Shown: positions 25,141 through 38,500 of the stretch, one piece after another
How the letters are laid out: every line of letters starts with the position of its first letter
Position numbering within the stretch: position 1 is the stretch's first letter
Source: Lama glama
Lineage: Eukaryota
Length of the DNA: 64,000 nucleotides
Assembly: GCA_028534125.1 (NCBI GenBank)
Contig: CM052816.1
Coordinates: forward strand, 53,012,001 to 53,076,000
Direction: 5' to 3'
Notes under the pieces: model-generated
Seen by the model: only the letters and a program-made list of their open reading frames with translations
Database searches by the model: none
Told to the model about the DNA's origin: nothing
Made by a program: the position numbers and the translations under genes

Positions 25141-25174
25141 GTACAGATTCAATTCAACCATCATGATTAAGTAA
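25141..25174 (+). CDS. HOMER1: Homer1a-specific C-terminal tail (exon 5 read-through into intron 5), (R)YRFNSTIMIK*; predicted 186-aa protein
   Basis: In-frame continuation AGG TAC AGA TTC AAT TCA ACC ATC ATG ATT AAG TAA. Closely matches the rodent Homer1a tail as recalled (RYTFNSAIMIK). Confidence 0.92.
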
Positions 25175-27061
25175 AATATGTAGATATGGAAACTTACTCA
25201 GTTTCAGATAAATCTTGCAAAGTTACAACCCTGAGTGAAAATTCCAGGACAGACTTTTCTTTTTAACTGTTAACCTCAGACCGGTTTTAATAATTTATAG
25301 TTTATAGTTGCCTAGATGAACTGGAGTGAGCATTTCCATTATCCTTATAGAAGAAGGGCTACTGAGCTGATTATAGTACAAGTTGTTTTTCAGTGAAACA
25401 ATATATTATTGCAAATCTCTTCTACTTATTTCTTATCACAGCCCGTAAAAGGCCCTCTGTTAACCTAGTTTCTATTCTCTTGTATGTTCTTGTTCTTATA
25501 AAATTTTAAAAATAGATTTCCTACTCTGAAATTAAACTTTACCATCGTCTTAGAGGTGACCTCACTGTATGATTTTGAAGAAGGGAACAAGTTACTGGGG
25601 TAACTTTTAGCATGGACCTATTAATTTTAATATCAGATTTATTTTGCATACCAAATAATAGTAAATAAATCTTCATGTGCTTCTGAATTTTAAAGAATTT
25701 GATACTTTAAAAAGGTGCAGTTTATCCTAAATGTGTTCCAAACTAGTTCCATTAATTATTGGCCATACTGTGGGATTTTGGAGGTGTAAGGAGATTTTTG
25801 AAACTGAAGTATTGCTAAACAAATACCTATCAGTCATTGTCTTAAAACTAATTTTTTTCCTTCTTTGGAAACTTTTGACTAGGCAGTTTTAGTTAACATT
25901 AAGAAAACAGTTTTCCTTTGTTGTGTTCTTTGGACCAGTTAAAAAAATCAAATTCTTGAGCATATTCAGAAGAATTGTGAAATGAGATACTCCAAACTCT
26001 TTTTCACGAGAATTTTAATTTTGATTGAATTTGTTGAATATTAGGGACATAGGATTAAACTTACTGAAGACTAACATTGTGGGATCTCAATGGCTGAGGA
26101 AGAAGAAATTAGGGTCTTTTTAGGAATGAACGTAGAAAAACTATTTGACTATGAGACTATTCTAATTTGTTCCTAAAACTGCTAACAATTTTGCATAAAA
26201 GAGTAGGCACATTTTGGAATTCTCATAGAGCTCATGCTTCAAGTATTGCAGTATAAGCATATTCTCTTTTCTATAGCTATAAAAATGAGTGAATCACATG
26301 AAAATTTTTGGTTCCACCAATCTGAAGACTGTATGTTTACACTGATTTGTAGATCATACAGGTTTTTAAAATACACAATTACAATTAAAGAGCAACGTGA
26401 TTCATACGCAGTTTAAAAAAATACTAATGTTGAGGGAAGGAAAAATTTCTTTCCTGTTAAACATATCCATTTAATAAATAGATATGACTGCACTGAACAT
26501 AATTATAAACTTGATTTCTTTGGCTAACACTTGAACGAGACATGGATTGAATACTGTAGCATTAAGAAGGAAATATGAACTTTTGTATTTATCATTTGTA
26601 AAAGCTATTTCTAGTTTATGCACCTAAAAATTTCTAAATGTTTATTATTTTGCTGACCCTTGGTATTTGGAGTTACTGTGATTGGTCATCTATTGATTTT
26701 CTCTGCTCTTGGGAGTCAAATAGAAGTTACTTACTTTGATGTGAAGATATAGCTTCTTTGACAACTGGAATATGTAGATTAGCAAAGGAGATATTTGAGT
26801 TCTGAAAATAAAACTTAACAGGTCAATTTAAGCTTTTAATTTTGTTAAAGGTATTACATAATCTTACAGTTTTCTTACTTATAGGATTTTAGAAGACTTA
26901 TTCTCTGAACTTATTTTGATTTTACATCAGTCAATATTAATGACTATTCACCTAGTTACTTGACTGAAATCAAGATTTCTAGCTGAGATAGAAGACTGAG
27001 TATTTTATAACTAATGTCAGAATCTCAAAATGTCAGTTAGAGAGCTCAGAGACATGTAATC

Positions 27062-27252
27062 TAGGATTTTCCAAACTACGGTAGCCTGAAATCAACTTAG
27101 GTTATTTAACGCATTCTTAAAAATAAAATGTAATAAAATAAATGGGAAACACCAGAATAAAACCCACATTAAAAGAAGAAACTGTATGTCACTAACATAC
27201 ATATTTATGTGTGTGCTGTATTATAGGGTAAGACGTCAAAGTTTGAAAGCAT
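27062..27252. mobile_element. MER103-like hAT remnant within a MIR-like remnant
   Basis: ttccaaact...tgaaatcaa...atgtgtgtgctg...aaagtttgaaagc resembles the recalled MER103C consensus. Confidence 0.45.
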
Positions 27253-28728
27253 GTGCCTTTGGCATATGAAGAGATTAAATCCCTGAAGTTAGGTAGATTT
27301 GTCCTAGGTCACATAGTTCATTAATAACAACTTCAGGACTACAGCTCAGCTCTTTTGATACTAGTGTGTACTGCCAGTTAATAGTGCATCTTAATAGAAT
27401 CCCAGTCCCCAAAACAAGTACATTGTTGTGTCAGGAAGTTAATAACTGTTCCTATTTTATGAGAACTACAGAGAGATAAGATCAGTGTTTCATGAATTAG
27501 AGACACAAAGAATATTAAAATAATTTTTGTTTAAATCTGAAACTCATAAATGTTTAAACTTGATGTATTATCCTTTTTTTCCCCGATGGCAAAGAAAACG
27601 TTTAAAAATCTGTATTTTTAAGGCTTATTTATACTATTTATTTTTGCCTTTCTTCCTTAGCACTTATTTCAGCAGAAAAGAATGAATGGCAAAAGAGATA
27701 TTTTGCCAACATTCCTTTGTTCTGGTTGATACCATTTTACTGCTAAATAAGGAGCAAAATCACTAGAATATCTGTGCAGTTCTTGGTTTTTTTTTCTTTT
27801 AAAGATGGAAGAATATAGGGAACAGTAACCCAGTCAGTCAAGTTAACTAAGAGTTGATTGTAGTAATAGCTACTTAGCAAGCAATTCAAATCTTATACCT
27901 AAATCTTAGTAATTCATTAATTAACACACCAAAAGAAGGCCCTGATTTTCATTTAGCTCTAAAAATTTTAGTAATGTGTGTATAGTTTGTTGACTCTCTG
28001 TAAGCTTTGTATTACTTGCTTTAAAGAGAAAAGCAAGATTTTTGTTAGCCTTTAAATTTACACAAATTTTCAAGTATCTTTGAAAGAGAGAGTACTATAA
28101 TGAACTCCCATGAACACATCTCCCAGCTTCAACAGTTAGGGGAAAATGGCCAGTCTTGTTTCATTTCTAATCCTATCCACCCTTCCAGTTTTGTGTTATT
28201 TTTAAAGCAAATCCTAGACATACAATTTTATCCACAAGTATTTTTTTAAAAATTACTTTTGAACTTAAAAAAAACTTACTTACCAAGCTAGTAAACTTTT
28301 TTTTATATTTTAATTCACTGGCATTATAGGGGTACCTTTATTTACTCTTTTCTTTGTTTTTTTAAAAATTACACTGCTGAACTCAGTTTTAAAATGTATG
28401 GGCTGCTCAGTATTCTTTAGTCAAGTGCTGTAGTCATGTTTTGTGTCTTTGTCATAGCTATGCAGAAACATTCTTATTAAATAAGTTTCAGTAAATTAAC
28501 AATGTTTTGGTATAGTCTAGGGATGTATAAAATAGGGAGATTATGAGGATGAAAATGTTTAATTTCTTTGGGGAAATGGTATTAAATTTTATCTAAATCA
28601 CTATTTTTCCTTAAAAAATAATTTTTTAACCTAAATGATAATATTCTTTGGGGACTTAGCAGGTATACACTCTGACCCACTGAAGTGTGGAGGGCATCTT
28701 TTGAGACCTTAGTCTTAGAATAGTTATA

Positions 28729-28937
28729 CAGTTGACCCTTAACACAGGTTTGAACTGCAAGGGTCCACTCATATGTGGATTTCCTTCAGTAGTAAATATT
28801 ACAGTACTACATGATTCACTGTTGAATCTGTGGATGTGGAACACGTATATGGAGGACCAACTGTAAAGCTATGCATCAATTTTGACTGCATGGAGGGTTG
28901 GCACTCCTAATCCCTTGCATTGTTCAAGGGTCAACTG
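28729..28937. mobile_element. Tigger2a-like MITE (TcMar) with TIRs and TA target duplication
   Basis: TA|cagttgaccctt-aac ... gttcaagggtcaactg|TA. Confidence 0.88.
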
Positions 28938-30711
28938 TATACTAAATAAAATAACTTCTTCGTGCTAATCGACTAGCATATATTATATGGGGAAAGTGTT
29001 TGTTCTCTCACTCCAGGGAGGACTTGTTTGCTTCATAGCATCAGCTGTATGGAATTGTGGAATTTACTTGTTATTTCTTAATAAAATCTAGGCTTTTTAA
29101 AAAAAGATTTAAAGCTATCTAAAATTCTCTTAGAAATAGTTAATTTTATAGTATCCCAGTGCTATTAGAATATAATGCTGAAATATAATACTGAAAACTA
29201 AAACTTTTAACTTTGTTTATTGTAAATTTATGATCCTCAAATATTCAGTAATACATTGATAAATAACTGCTATCATATTTTTGAGAGTTGAGAGCAGGTA
29301 TGTATATACAGTAGTAGCTCATAAAGCTATTTTTGTACTGATAAATTTTAAAAACAGTTTATCTTAACGGAAAGTAAGCTTTTCTGAGCACCAATTGTAT
29401 TTAAATTATTTGATATTTAGATAATGTATTCTTATGGTGCTGCTAGATTTTATGCATTTTGGGAGTACTGCATCTATCTTCTATTCAGTTAAAAGAGATT
29501 TTTTTCTGCCACTCTATGTGTTTCCAGCAGATATTCATTAAAGGATGTAGGCAGAAACATTACTGTTTAGTATATTGATTTTGCTTTAAATCAATATGAC
29601 TACAATTTCACCCAAATTTATGAAATCTGGACACTTCATTCCATTTGTGTTTAGTAAATTAATTTTTTCATTTATTATCAGAATTTCCAAAAGCTACTAC
29701 TTTAAAACTGTCACTAGGGATTTTTGTACAGTTTCAAAAACTATTATTTCATAGGAAAATGTACATACCAGTTTAGTTACATGTTAAAAAAAACAATGTT
29801 TTATCTTGAATGAAATACATTTTGTACTTAGTTTGAAGATGATACAAACAGGAAAAAATTGAATGACTGTTAAACACTCTGGGGTACTGTATTCTCCACA
29901 GCTGTGCCATTTGTCTCTTTCTCATGGATAATAAGCAAAACTCCTAAGATTATAGTTATGAACTAAAATAGAAGTAATTTCTGTAGATCACTCTTGCTTA
30001 AATAAAACCATGTATAAAGCTAGGGCTTGATTTCACAAAAAGTGCTTTATCATTGCTAAAAGTGCAGATGAAAAATTTAACTTGTAGTCTTCCCCTTATT
30101 GTTACAGTTACAATTGACTTAAATATTGTTATTCTTCCACCATCAAACCTAGAAAATTAGAATTCATTTTGAAAAATTAATTTGAAGACCAAGACAATTT
30201 GTGAGAGATTGCAGTTCAGCAATTTGGAGATGTCAGAACTTCTTTTACCATAATTGTGAACAGATAGCATTTTCTAAGAGATGTTATGGTAATTTGGCAG
30301 TATGTATAGGTCTGCATTGCTGGGAACTAAGAAGTAATTCATATTTTTAAAAATAAGATGCAGTAAAAAATACAGTTTAGTGACCAAGAATTTTCACTTT
30401 ATTAGCTTTTTACATATGTATACTTAAATTTCCTATCTTAAATTTTTTTGGGAACTTTTATTCTATTTTAATGTCTTCTAAAAATTTTTAAAGACAATGT
30501 AAAAATTTGCTAAAGCATTTTGTCAGGCATTATCGCTTAATATGGGTTATTTGCAAGCAGAAAAATACTATTCATATGAGATAATGACATTACTAACACA
30601 TCTCCAGTAGGGATTAATCCCTTCCCCTCCTTCTCCTCTGCCTTACCATTGTAATTAACTGGAAGAATTTTCACCAATCCATCCTTAGTGATTGTGAGTT
30701 TCTATTTTCAG

Positions 30712-30835
30712 GAAGATTGGCTTGGAGTTAGAGGTGTGGTCATTCACAATGGAACAGATTGACCTTAGATTAATTATGATCTCTTCCCTGTGGCAGGCTT
30801 TTAAAAATCCCTTTTTCCCCTCTTTCTCTTCTTAG
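30712..30835 (+). CDS. HOMER1: Candidate Ania-3/Vesl-1M-type alternative terminal exon, coding part
   Basis: Acceptor tttctattttcag|G, 5.57 kb after exon 5. Phase 2 continuation is open: (R)KIGLELEVWSFTMEQIDLRLIMISSLWQAFKNPFFPSFSS*. Position is consistent with the recalled rodent Ania-3 exon. Confidence 0.65.
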
Positions 30836-31334
30836 AAGTCAATAGTGGGGATTCCATTGGAAGGGAGGTGTGTGATATGGACAGTTCTGTTCTAAGACTC
30901 AGAGGAAAGTGTTCCTGCTTTGGATTTGGCTTTCCGTCTTTCCTCTTACTAGAATAGTAAGGGATAAGAGTAAGGTGTGAACGTAGGCAGAGACCAAGCA
31001 AGCCACATAAATGTGTGAAATTTGTGGTGTATATGACAGTATGGAATTGTGAAGTAAGGTGGAATGTGCAAGGTTCATCCAAAGATATTAAATTAAAAAA
31101 AAATAAGACCAGAGAGATGAGGATTATATGACCCATCTGGTTTCTAGTCTGGGCTTTCAAAAGGGATCTTTGTGATTTACATATGGTTTAGCCCAAGGTA
31201 AGGATCTTAAGCAAATTCCCAACTAGTAATATTCATTGCCTTTTAATTCTTGGTGGTGGTATTTGGGAGGATATGATCTGCAGATTTGGAATCCTGGGTA
31301 TTTGGTGACATACTATTCTGACAGGTGTTATTCT

Positions 31335-31870
31335 CTCAAACACAAAAATCTGACCATGTCACTTTTCTCCTTAAAATATTTCAGAGGCGTGATGTATGTA
31401 GACCAGTCCATAGTCATCAGATGAGGCTTCCTCAGCCTCATCATTTTGTGCTTCTGTAGCATTTACTCCCAATTGCTTGTAGTCCTCCACTTAAAACCAA
31501 GCAGCCATGCTATTGCTCCTCTGCAAGTCTTTGCTCCCTTGTTTTTGGAATGTTCTCCCTTCTCTTTGGAGTGGCTACGCACACAAACATATAGTACTTT
31601 ATACTTCCTTGCCCCCCATCTCTGCCTCTAACTTGATCACCAACTGATGAACCCCTATATATCCTTATAAACTCCAGCATCACCTCCTCCAGTAAGCTCT
31701 CTCATGTCCTCAGACTGAATTATGTGTCTCCTTTGTTAAATTCCTATTGTCTCCAAGCTGACATATGGAAGTTAACATTAGCTTCTCAGTCTCTACTGGG
31801 ACAAGGACTGTGCTTTATTCATTAGTGTCACTGGTGCTTAGTACAGTAGGCATTCATTAAACATACGAAG
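31335..31870 (+). mobile_element. L2 3' remnant
   Basis: Pyrimidine-rich L2-like text ending gtgcttagtacagtaggcattcattaaacat. Confidence 0.6.
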
Positions 31871-33324
31871 GAAACAGTTTCCCTCACAGAAACTGAGTAC
31901 ATGCTCTGAATGCCCTTGGTACGGTGCTTCAGTCAGCTAAAGTTACACTGGTTCATAAGACCTTGAAGCTAAGATATAAAACTAGTTCTGTTTTTGAAAA
32001 GCAGTCAGTCTTACCAAACTTGAGATTTGAGTTTAACTGACTTAGTTTAAATTGTCTTCAAAGTTTCATAGTTTGTGTAAAGAAATTTTAAAGATAGTTT
32101 TATTAATAATGTTACTAAGTACCTAAATAATGTGAAGAATGCTAAAATGTGCATTTTCATTGTAACAGAATCATTTTCATTCTTTTCTTGAGAATAATTT
32201 TTCTTTTTATTTCAAAAGAAGTGCAGAGAACAATGATGTATTTTCTGTGAAATGAAGCAATATTTGTATTCTGTGGTTTTAAAACTGGTTATAACCACAG
32301 TGTTTTTAAAACTTTGATCTCTTATAAAGGCCAGAATAAGTACTTATTATTTGACTCAAAGAAGTGAATTTAGGGAATATAGAATTTTTTTAATTGAGAA
32401 TTTTACTATGTACATTTGGCAAAAGTAAAGATGAGGGCCAACTTGTGCTTTGTGGGGTAACACATTAGCCTCACATTTATGCAAATAAGCTGACAATTCA
32501 CTGAAATGTATTGAAAGTAGTCATGTTTCAGGGCCTACTTTCCTTGTAGAGTGTGTAAAATGTAAATGTGACTAAACAGTTGAAATCCATGTAAATTTTA
32601 CTTTATTTGTTTTTTATCAGTTTTCCATTTTCCTTTGACAGTTTAGATTAGCCATATATCCAGTGTAGACAAAATAGTTTGATTTTTTTTTTAATGACTC
32701 TGTCCTAAATTGAAGTCTAAATGTTGATTTTAGAACTTTGGAGATAGAAGGAACTTGCACTACTAAATAGTCCAGACACTTCATTTTACAGGAACGGAAG
32801 CAAGTCCAGGGAAGAGGCGTTCAGCGTCACTATTTGCCCATGGCTAAATTAGACCAGAGAGGACTCCTGAGTCATTGATCATTAGGGTCCATCCTAGTTG
32901 AGGCAGCCCTCCTTCTACTAAACTTCAAGAGGATTTATTTTCTGTATCACATTTCCAGATACTCATTGTCTCATTTTTATCATCGTTCAACACACATTTA
33001 TCACCACTTACTAAATTCCCCTGCTAGGTTCTTAGCTTCTGGCTAAGCCTGATTGACTTGCATTTCTTGGTAGCCCATATTGTTGTTTCTAGTCACTTAG
33101 GCATGTAATAGATAGGAAATAAATGTGTGAAAAAAGAATGTACATGCTTTTATTGTTACTGAGATGACAGGGGTATATAAGTTGGTACAACTTGATTATT
33201 AGCATCAGAAAACATACATATACTAGGAATGGCTAACAAATATACCAATATGAAGAATAATTAGTTTACCTTTTTAATTCTAATGGGGTCTACTTACCTA
33301 TTAACATTCCCATATCATTAATAG

Positions 33325-35540
33325 TTTTATTGAGATATAATTTGCATACTAGACAAATCATCTATTTTAAGTGTATAATTCAGTGCTTTTTGGTATTTTC
33401 AGCGTTGTGCAGCCATCACCACAGTTAATTTTAGAACACTTTCATTACATCCCTCAAAGCTTTGTACCCATTAGCAGCCACTTCCTTCTTCTCCTTCCTC
33501 CTAGAAGACATCCCCTGCCTCTCCCAATCCTAGGCAACTGCTAATCTACTTTCTGTCTTCGTAGATTTGTCTGTTCTGGACATTTTGTATAAATGGAATC
33601 ATATAATATGTGGTCTTTTATAGCTGGATTCTTTTATTTAGTGTGTGTTTACAAGGTTTATCCAAGTTGTAGAATGTGTCGGTACTTCACTTCCTTTTAT
33701 TGCTGAATAATACTCAGTTAACCCAATCATCAGTTGATAGACACTTGGATTGTTTCCACTTTCTGGAAGTTCCACCATTGTTATGGATAATGCTGCTATG
33801 AACATTTGTGTATGAGTTTTTGTGTGAATATATGTTTTCAATTCTCCAAGTGTATACTTAGAAATGGAATTACTGTCATATGGTAACTCTGTGTTTAACC
33901 TTTGAGAGGAACTGCCTGATTGTTTTGCAAAGCAGCTGCACCATTTTAAATTCCTACCATCAGTATGTAAGGGTTCCAGTTTTTCCACATCATCAACACT
34001 TGTTATTATCTGTCTTTTTTTATTATAGCCATGCTAATAGCTGTGAAGTAGTATCTCTTTATGGTTTTGATTTATATTTCCTTGATGGCTAATGTCGAAA
34101 ATTTTTTCATGTGCTTATTGGCTACTTGCGTATCTTCTTTGGAGAAATAGCTACTCAGACCATTTGTCCATTTTTAATTGAGTTTGTCTTTTTGCTGTTG
34201 AGTTGTAATTCTTTATATATTCTGATGTTAACTCCTTATCAAATAAATGATTTGCACCTATTTTCTCCAGTTCTGTGGGTTGTCTTTTCACTTTCTTGAT
34301 GGTGTCCTTTGCAACACAAATGTTGTTAATTTTAGTGAAGTCGCATTTACCTTTTCTTTACCCGTATGTTGCTTGTGCTTTTGGTGTCATATTTAAGAAA
34401 CCATTGCCTACTCCATGGTCATGAAGAGTTACACCTATGTTTTCTTCTGAGAGTTCTATAGTTTTAACTCTTACATTTTGATCTTGTCCATTTTGAATGT
34501 TTTTGTATATGATGTTGGATAGAAGCCCACTTTATTCTTTTGCATGTGGATATCGAGTTATCCCAGTGCCATTTGTTGAAAAGACTGTTATTTTCCTATT
34601 GAGTTGTTCTGACATCCTTGTGAAAAGTCAGTTGACCATAAATGTGAGGGTTTATTCTGAACACTCAGTTCCGTCCCACTGGTCTATCTTCATGCTGTTC
34701 TTCTGTATGGTAGCTTTGTAGTACATTTTGAAATTTGAAGATGTGAGTTCTCTAATTTTATTCTTTCTTTTTAAGATTGTTCTGTTTTGAGTCCCGAGAA
34801 TTTCCATGTAAATTTTTGGATCAGCTTGTGAATTGTTGCAAAGAAGTCATTTGGGATCCTGATAGCAATTGCATTGAATCTATAGAACAATTTGGATGGC
34901 CATCTTAATAATGCTGAGTCATCCATCCATGACCTGTGATGTTGTTTAGTGTTGTTTAATTTTCAGAGTATGAGTTTTGCCCTTCTTTTGTTAAATTTAT
35001 TCCTAACTATTCTTTCTAATGCTGTTATTAGTGGAATTGTTTTCTTAACTTTATTTTCTAACTGTTCATTGCTGAATATAGAAATACAATTGATTTTTGT
35101 ATAGTGATATTGTATCCCATAAACTTCCTAAACTCATTTATTAGTTTCATTAGTTTTTTAGAAGCTTCCTTAGGATTTTGTATAGTGATACTGTATCCTA
35201 TAAATTTGCTGAAATTCATTTATTAGTTTTAAGTTTTTTAGTAGCTTCCTTAGGATTTTCTATATACAAAATCATGTCATCTACAAATATAGGTAATTTT
35301 AACTTCTTCCTTTCCATTCTTGATGCCTTTGCTTTCATTTTCTTGACAACTGCCCAGTCTAGAACCTTTGGTACAATGCCGAATAGAAGTGACAAGAAGG
35401 GACATCTTTGTCTTTTTCCTGACCTAAAGGGGAAAGCTTTCAGTCTTGCATCCTTACGTATAATATTAGCTGTGGCTTTTCATGGATGCTCTTTATGAGA
35501 TTGAGGAAGTTCCCCTGTATTCCTAGTATTTTAGTGTTTT
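33325..35540 (-). mobile_element. Old L1 (L1MB-like), about 2.2 kb 3' portion
   Basis: 3' end ttttattgagatataattt. Minus ORF 33638-33988 is L1 ORF2 C-terminus-like (TELPYD...MFIAAL). Confidence 0.9.
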
Positions 35541-38500
35541 ATATTTAATATTTATTCTGGCTGGTTAGTGATTTCTTCCCCCTCAGTGGAAGCCCCAACA
35601 GTTATATAGAGAGATTTCCTTCATAGGTGCTTTGGCATCTATAATACGAGGTTAATGAAAAAGCATGTTAGCAAAAGTGACTTTAGAAAGTATATTCAAT
35701 CCTTTGGCTTAATTGTTTTTTGTAATTGGATCATTTTAGGGTATGCTTTACTCACAGGCTAAGTTACTATTGAAGAGACAACCTAAAGCCTCTCTGCTCT
35801 ATGAAATAATAGACTTTTTTCCTCTAGATATATAGAGAATAGATATTAGTAATTTGTTAAATTATATGAAGAAGCACATAATTGGGTGTTACCTGAGTCC
35901 AAAACACTGCTATTGTATGGTAGTCATACCTTTGCAGCTTCTTTTAAAAGGCATAGCTAAGCCATCCTGTCATTATTATATATTGTCACAAAGTCTTAGT
36001 TTCCGTAGCAAGGAAGATGTACTGTATCTTAGAGGTCTCACAGCCCACAGTACCTACTAGGTGTCAAGCCCTGAACTAGACGTGTATCATGTTTTAGTTT
36101 TTTGGAGAGAAATAGGTGTCTTGGGCAGAAACAATAAAGAAGAAATTGGACTCACTTCCCTTTCCCGACTTCCCACTTCTGTGACCACATCTAGTTTTGG
36201 AACATAGTGGAGTCACCATTTCTCATGGAAGAAGAAGATCTGCAGTTTAGCCTAATTGAAAAGATGCAAATAGTCCCTGACTGAGAGACTAACTAACATG
36301 GAAGAAACATAACACTTTAAAAAGACCCAATCATCACAGATTTAACTTTGAAGAGTCAAAAGAACTGTACTTAACTGTAAGAATTCCTGAGTATGCCTAG
36401 ATAGCATTTAAGATATCTCTGATTAGAAAAGGAAAAAATGACTTGGCGTGGCATCCTGTGTTTTGTTCCTTTGGCAAAATGCTATTATACTTGCTCCACA
36501 TAATTTTCAGAAGTCTTAAAAGCTCTTGATGGAGAAAATGTTCTGTTTCTTAAAAATCAAAATAGCTATTATTCCTGATAAAGATAGTGAAAAAATAAGC
36601 AACCTGATTTTTCTGGACTTCAAAGTAGAACTCGTTCATAGATGCTGCTTCTTTTAAGACTTTAATGTAGCTATTTTCCTACATGTAATCTGATACTCAT
36701 ATCTTGGTCCATTTCTTTTCTCGTCACCTCACAGGGATGTTGTGAGGCAAATTTTAAATGTTCCTAAGAAAAGTGTAGAATTAATAACTCTTGACTGTCT
36801 CTGTTGATAGTTTATACAATCGTAAGATTTTTATCTTAAAAGTTACAAGTGCTTTCCTATAGTTATAAATGGATTTTAGGTGTAATAAAATGGAAATAGA
36901 GAATGAAGTTGTATTTGATTTATCACTGAGCATCGTTGTAAATAATTTAACTGCATTAATTGTTGCATTGTTTTTTTTTCCAACCAAAAGCTTTTATACA
37001 ATTATAATTAAAGAACAGTAAAAGTGTCTGTTTTCCCCTTTAATTTAGTTGAGATTTAATTATTCATATCTCTTAGATAAAAGGTAATCCAACTCATCAA
37101 TTTCTAATGAAGAGAAAATGAAAACTACAATGAAATAGATATAGTTTAAAGGAAAAAAATCATAGAGATGCCCAGAATTCAGACTTTGAATAAAACTCTA
37201 TATTATTAGGTAGAGGTGACATTTTAGTAATATTTTCACTAAAAATAAGAATAGAGAGATGATAAGCACTTGCTTTACCTCACAGTAAAAAGAGTTAGAA
37301 AAATTACGTTACTAAATAAAGGAAATATGTTTAAGTATTAGTTAAAATTCATGTATAGAAAATTTTTGATAGCCTGCAGAATTTGATTTCATTTGTACAA
37401 TTTCATTTTTATAACATATTTTGGAAAGTAATTGTATAACATTTTCTCCTCCGCATAAATCAACCAACCCAGTTTTTGCAAATCAAACAGATATAGCACA
37501 TGAATTATCTGATAATGGCTCCCAGAGCAAGGTTTTTAAATTGCTGTCAAATGTCTATTTTCTACTGCTTTATTCTCACTGTGTATAGTATCAAAAGAGA
37601 AATCAATTCAAAGTTAACTTATGGATTCAGGCATATAACCTGGCATTTATAAACAACTAATTTAGAAAATCTTTTCTAAATTACCATATTATTTAAATAT
37701 TTGTTTTATAACTTATTCTATATGCTATAAAAATGGGAATGGATATAGTCTTAGGTTAAGTGTGTTGGTATCAAGAAAGCACTTGAAATTAGAATGTTGT
37801 ATTTTTTGTATGCCTCACTTAAAAAAAATTTAATACCTTTAAATGAACCTTGTACACTTCACTTCACCAGAGATCCTGCTACTCCCTACTGTCATATATA
37901 CCTCAGTTCACTCACTTATGTTGTTTAAGTTGTTAATTTACTTGATTTGTATGGTGGGAGTAACTATAGAAGGGGCCTTTCTTTGGCTAACTCAGTTTAT
38001 CCCTCTTTTCAACATTTTCATAGTTTGCCTTCATTTAAGCATTGTATGCATACATTCATACCTACTACTGATATGAATGATATAAATTGGCTCATAGTAT
38101 ATTATTCTTCCGGTTTAATGCTGGTATGTTTGAATACTGCAGCTAGAATAACAATTTGGAAATTCTAACCTCATAATAATGAGGAAAGCACCATGTAAAC
38201 AGTGAGCTAGTTTGAGGATAATTATGAAATTAGTGATAAAATTTATGTATAAGCATTAATAAAAATAAGGCTCCTTTTAAAATAATTCTGAACCTGGTTC
38301 CTTTTGCCCATACTGATACTTTTTTAACATTAAAAATGATATCTAATTGAGATAAGTTATTTTTTATTAAAAAAATTAGAATGTTTTTCTTTTCCCCCCA
38401 AATATGATAGCATCTAATACAATATGTGTATTCTTCTAACCAATCTATCATAGAAAGCAAATATTAAAGTTGGTAAACATGTGCTTCAGAAATAATGAAG

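Larger units (their letters stand above)
25175..30030 (+). other. HOMER1: Probable long AU-rich Homer1a 3'UTR; the end point is uncertain
   Basis: Follows the Homer1a stop and has many ATTTA motifs. Candidate distal AATAAA signals at 28945, 29080 and 30001. Homer1a is known to end several kb into intron 5. Confidence 0.55.

Noticed and set aside
30801..31160. 119-aa minus-strand ORF overlapping the Ania-3-like exon
   Set aside because: Non-ATG start, no homology and no supporting signals.
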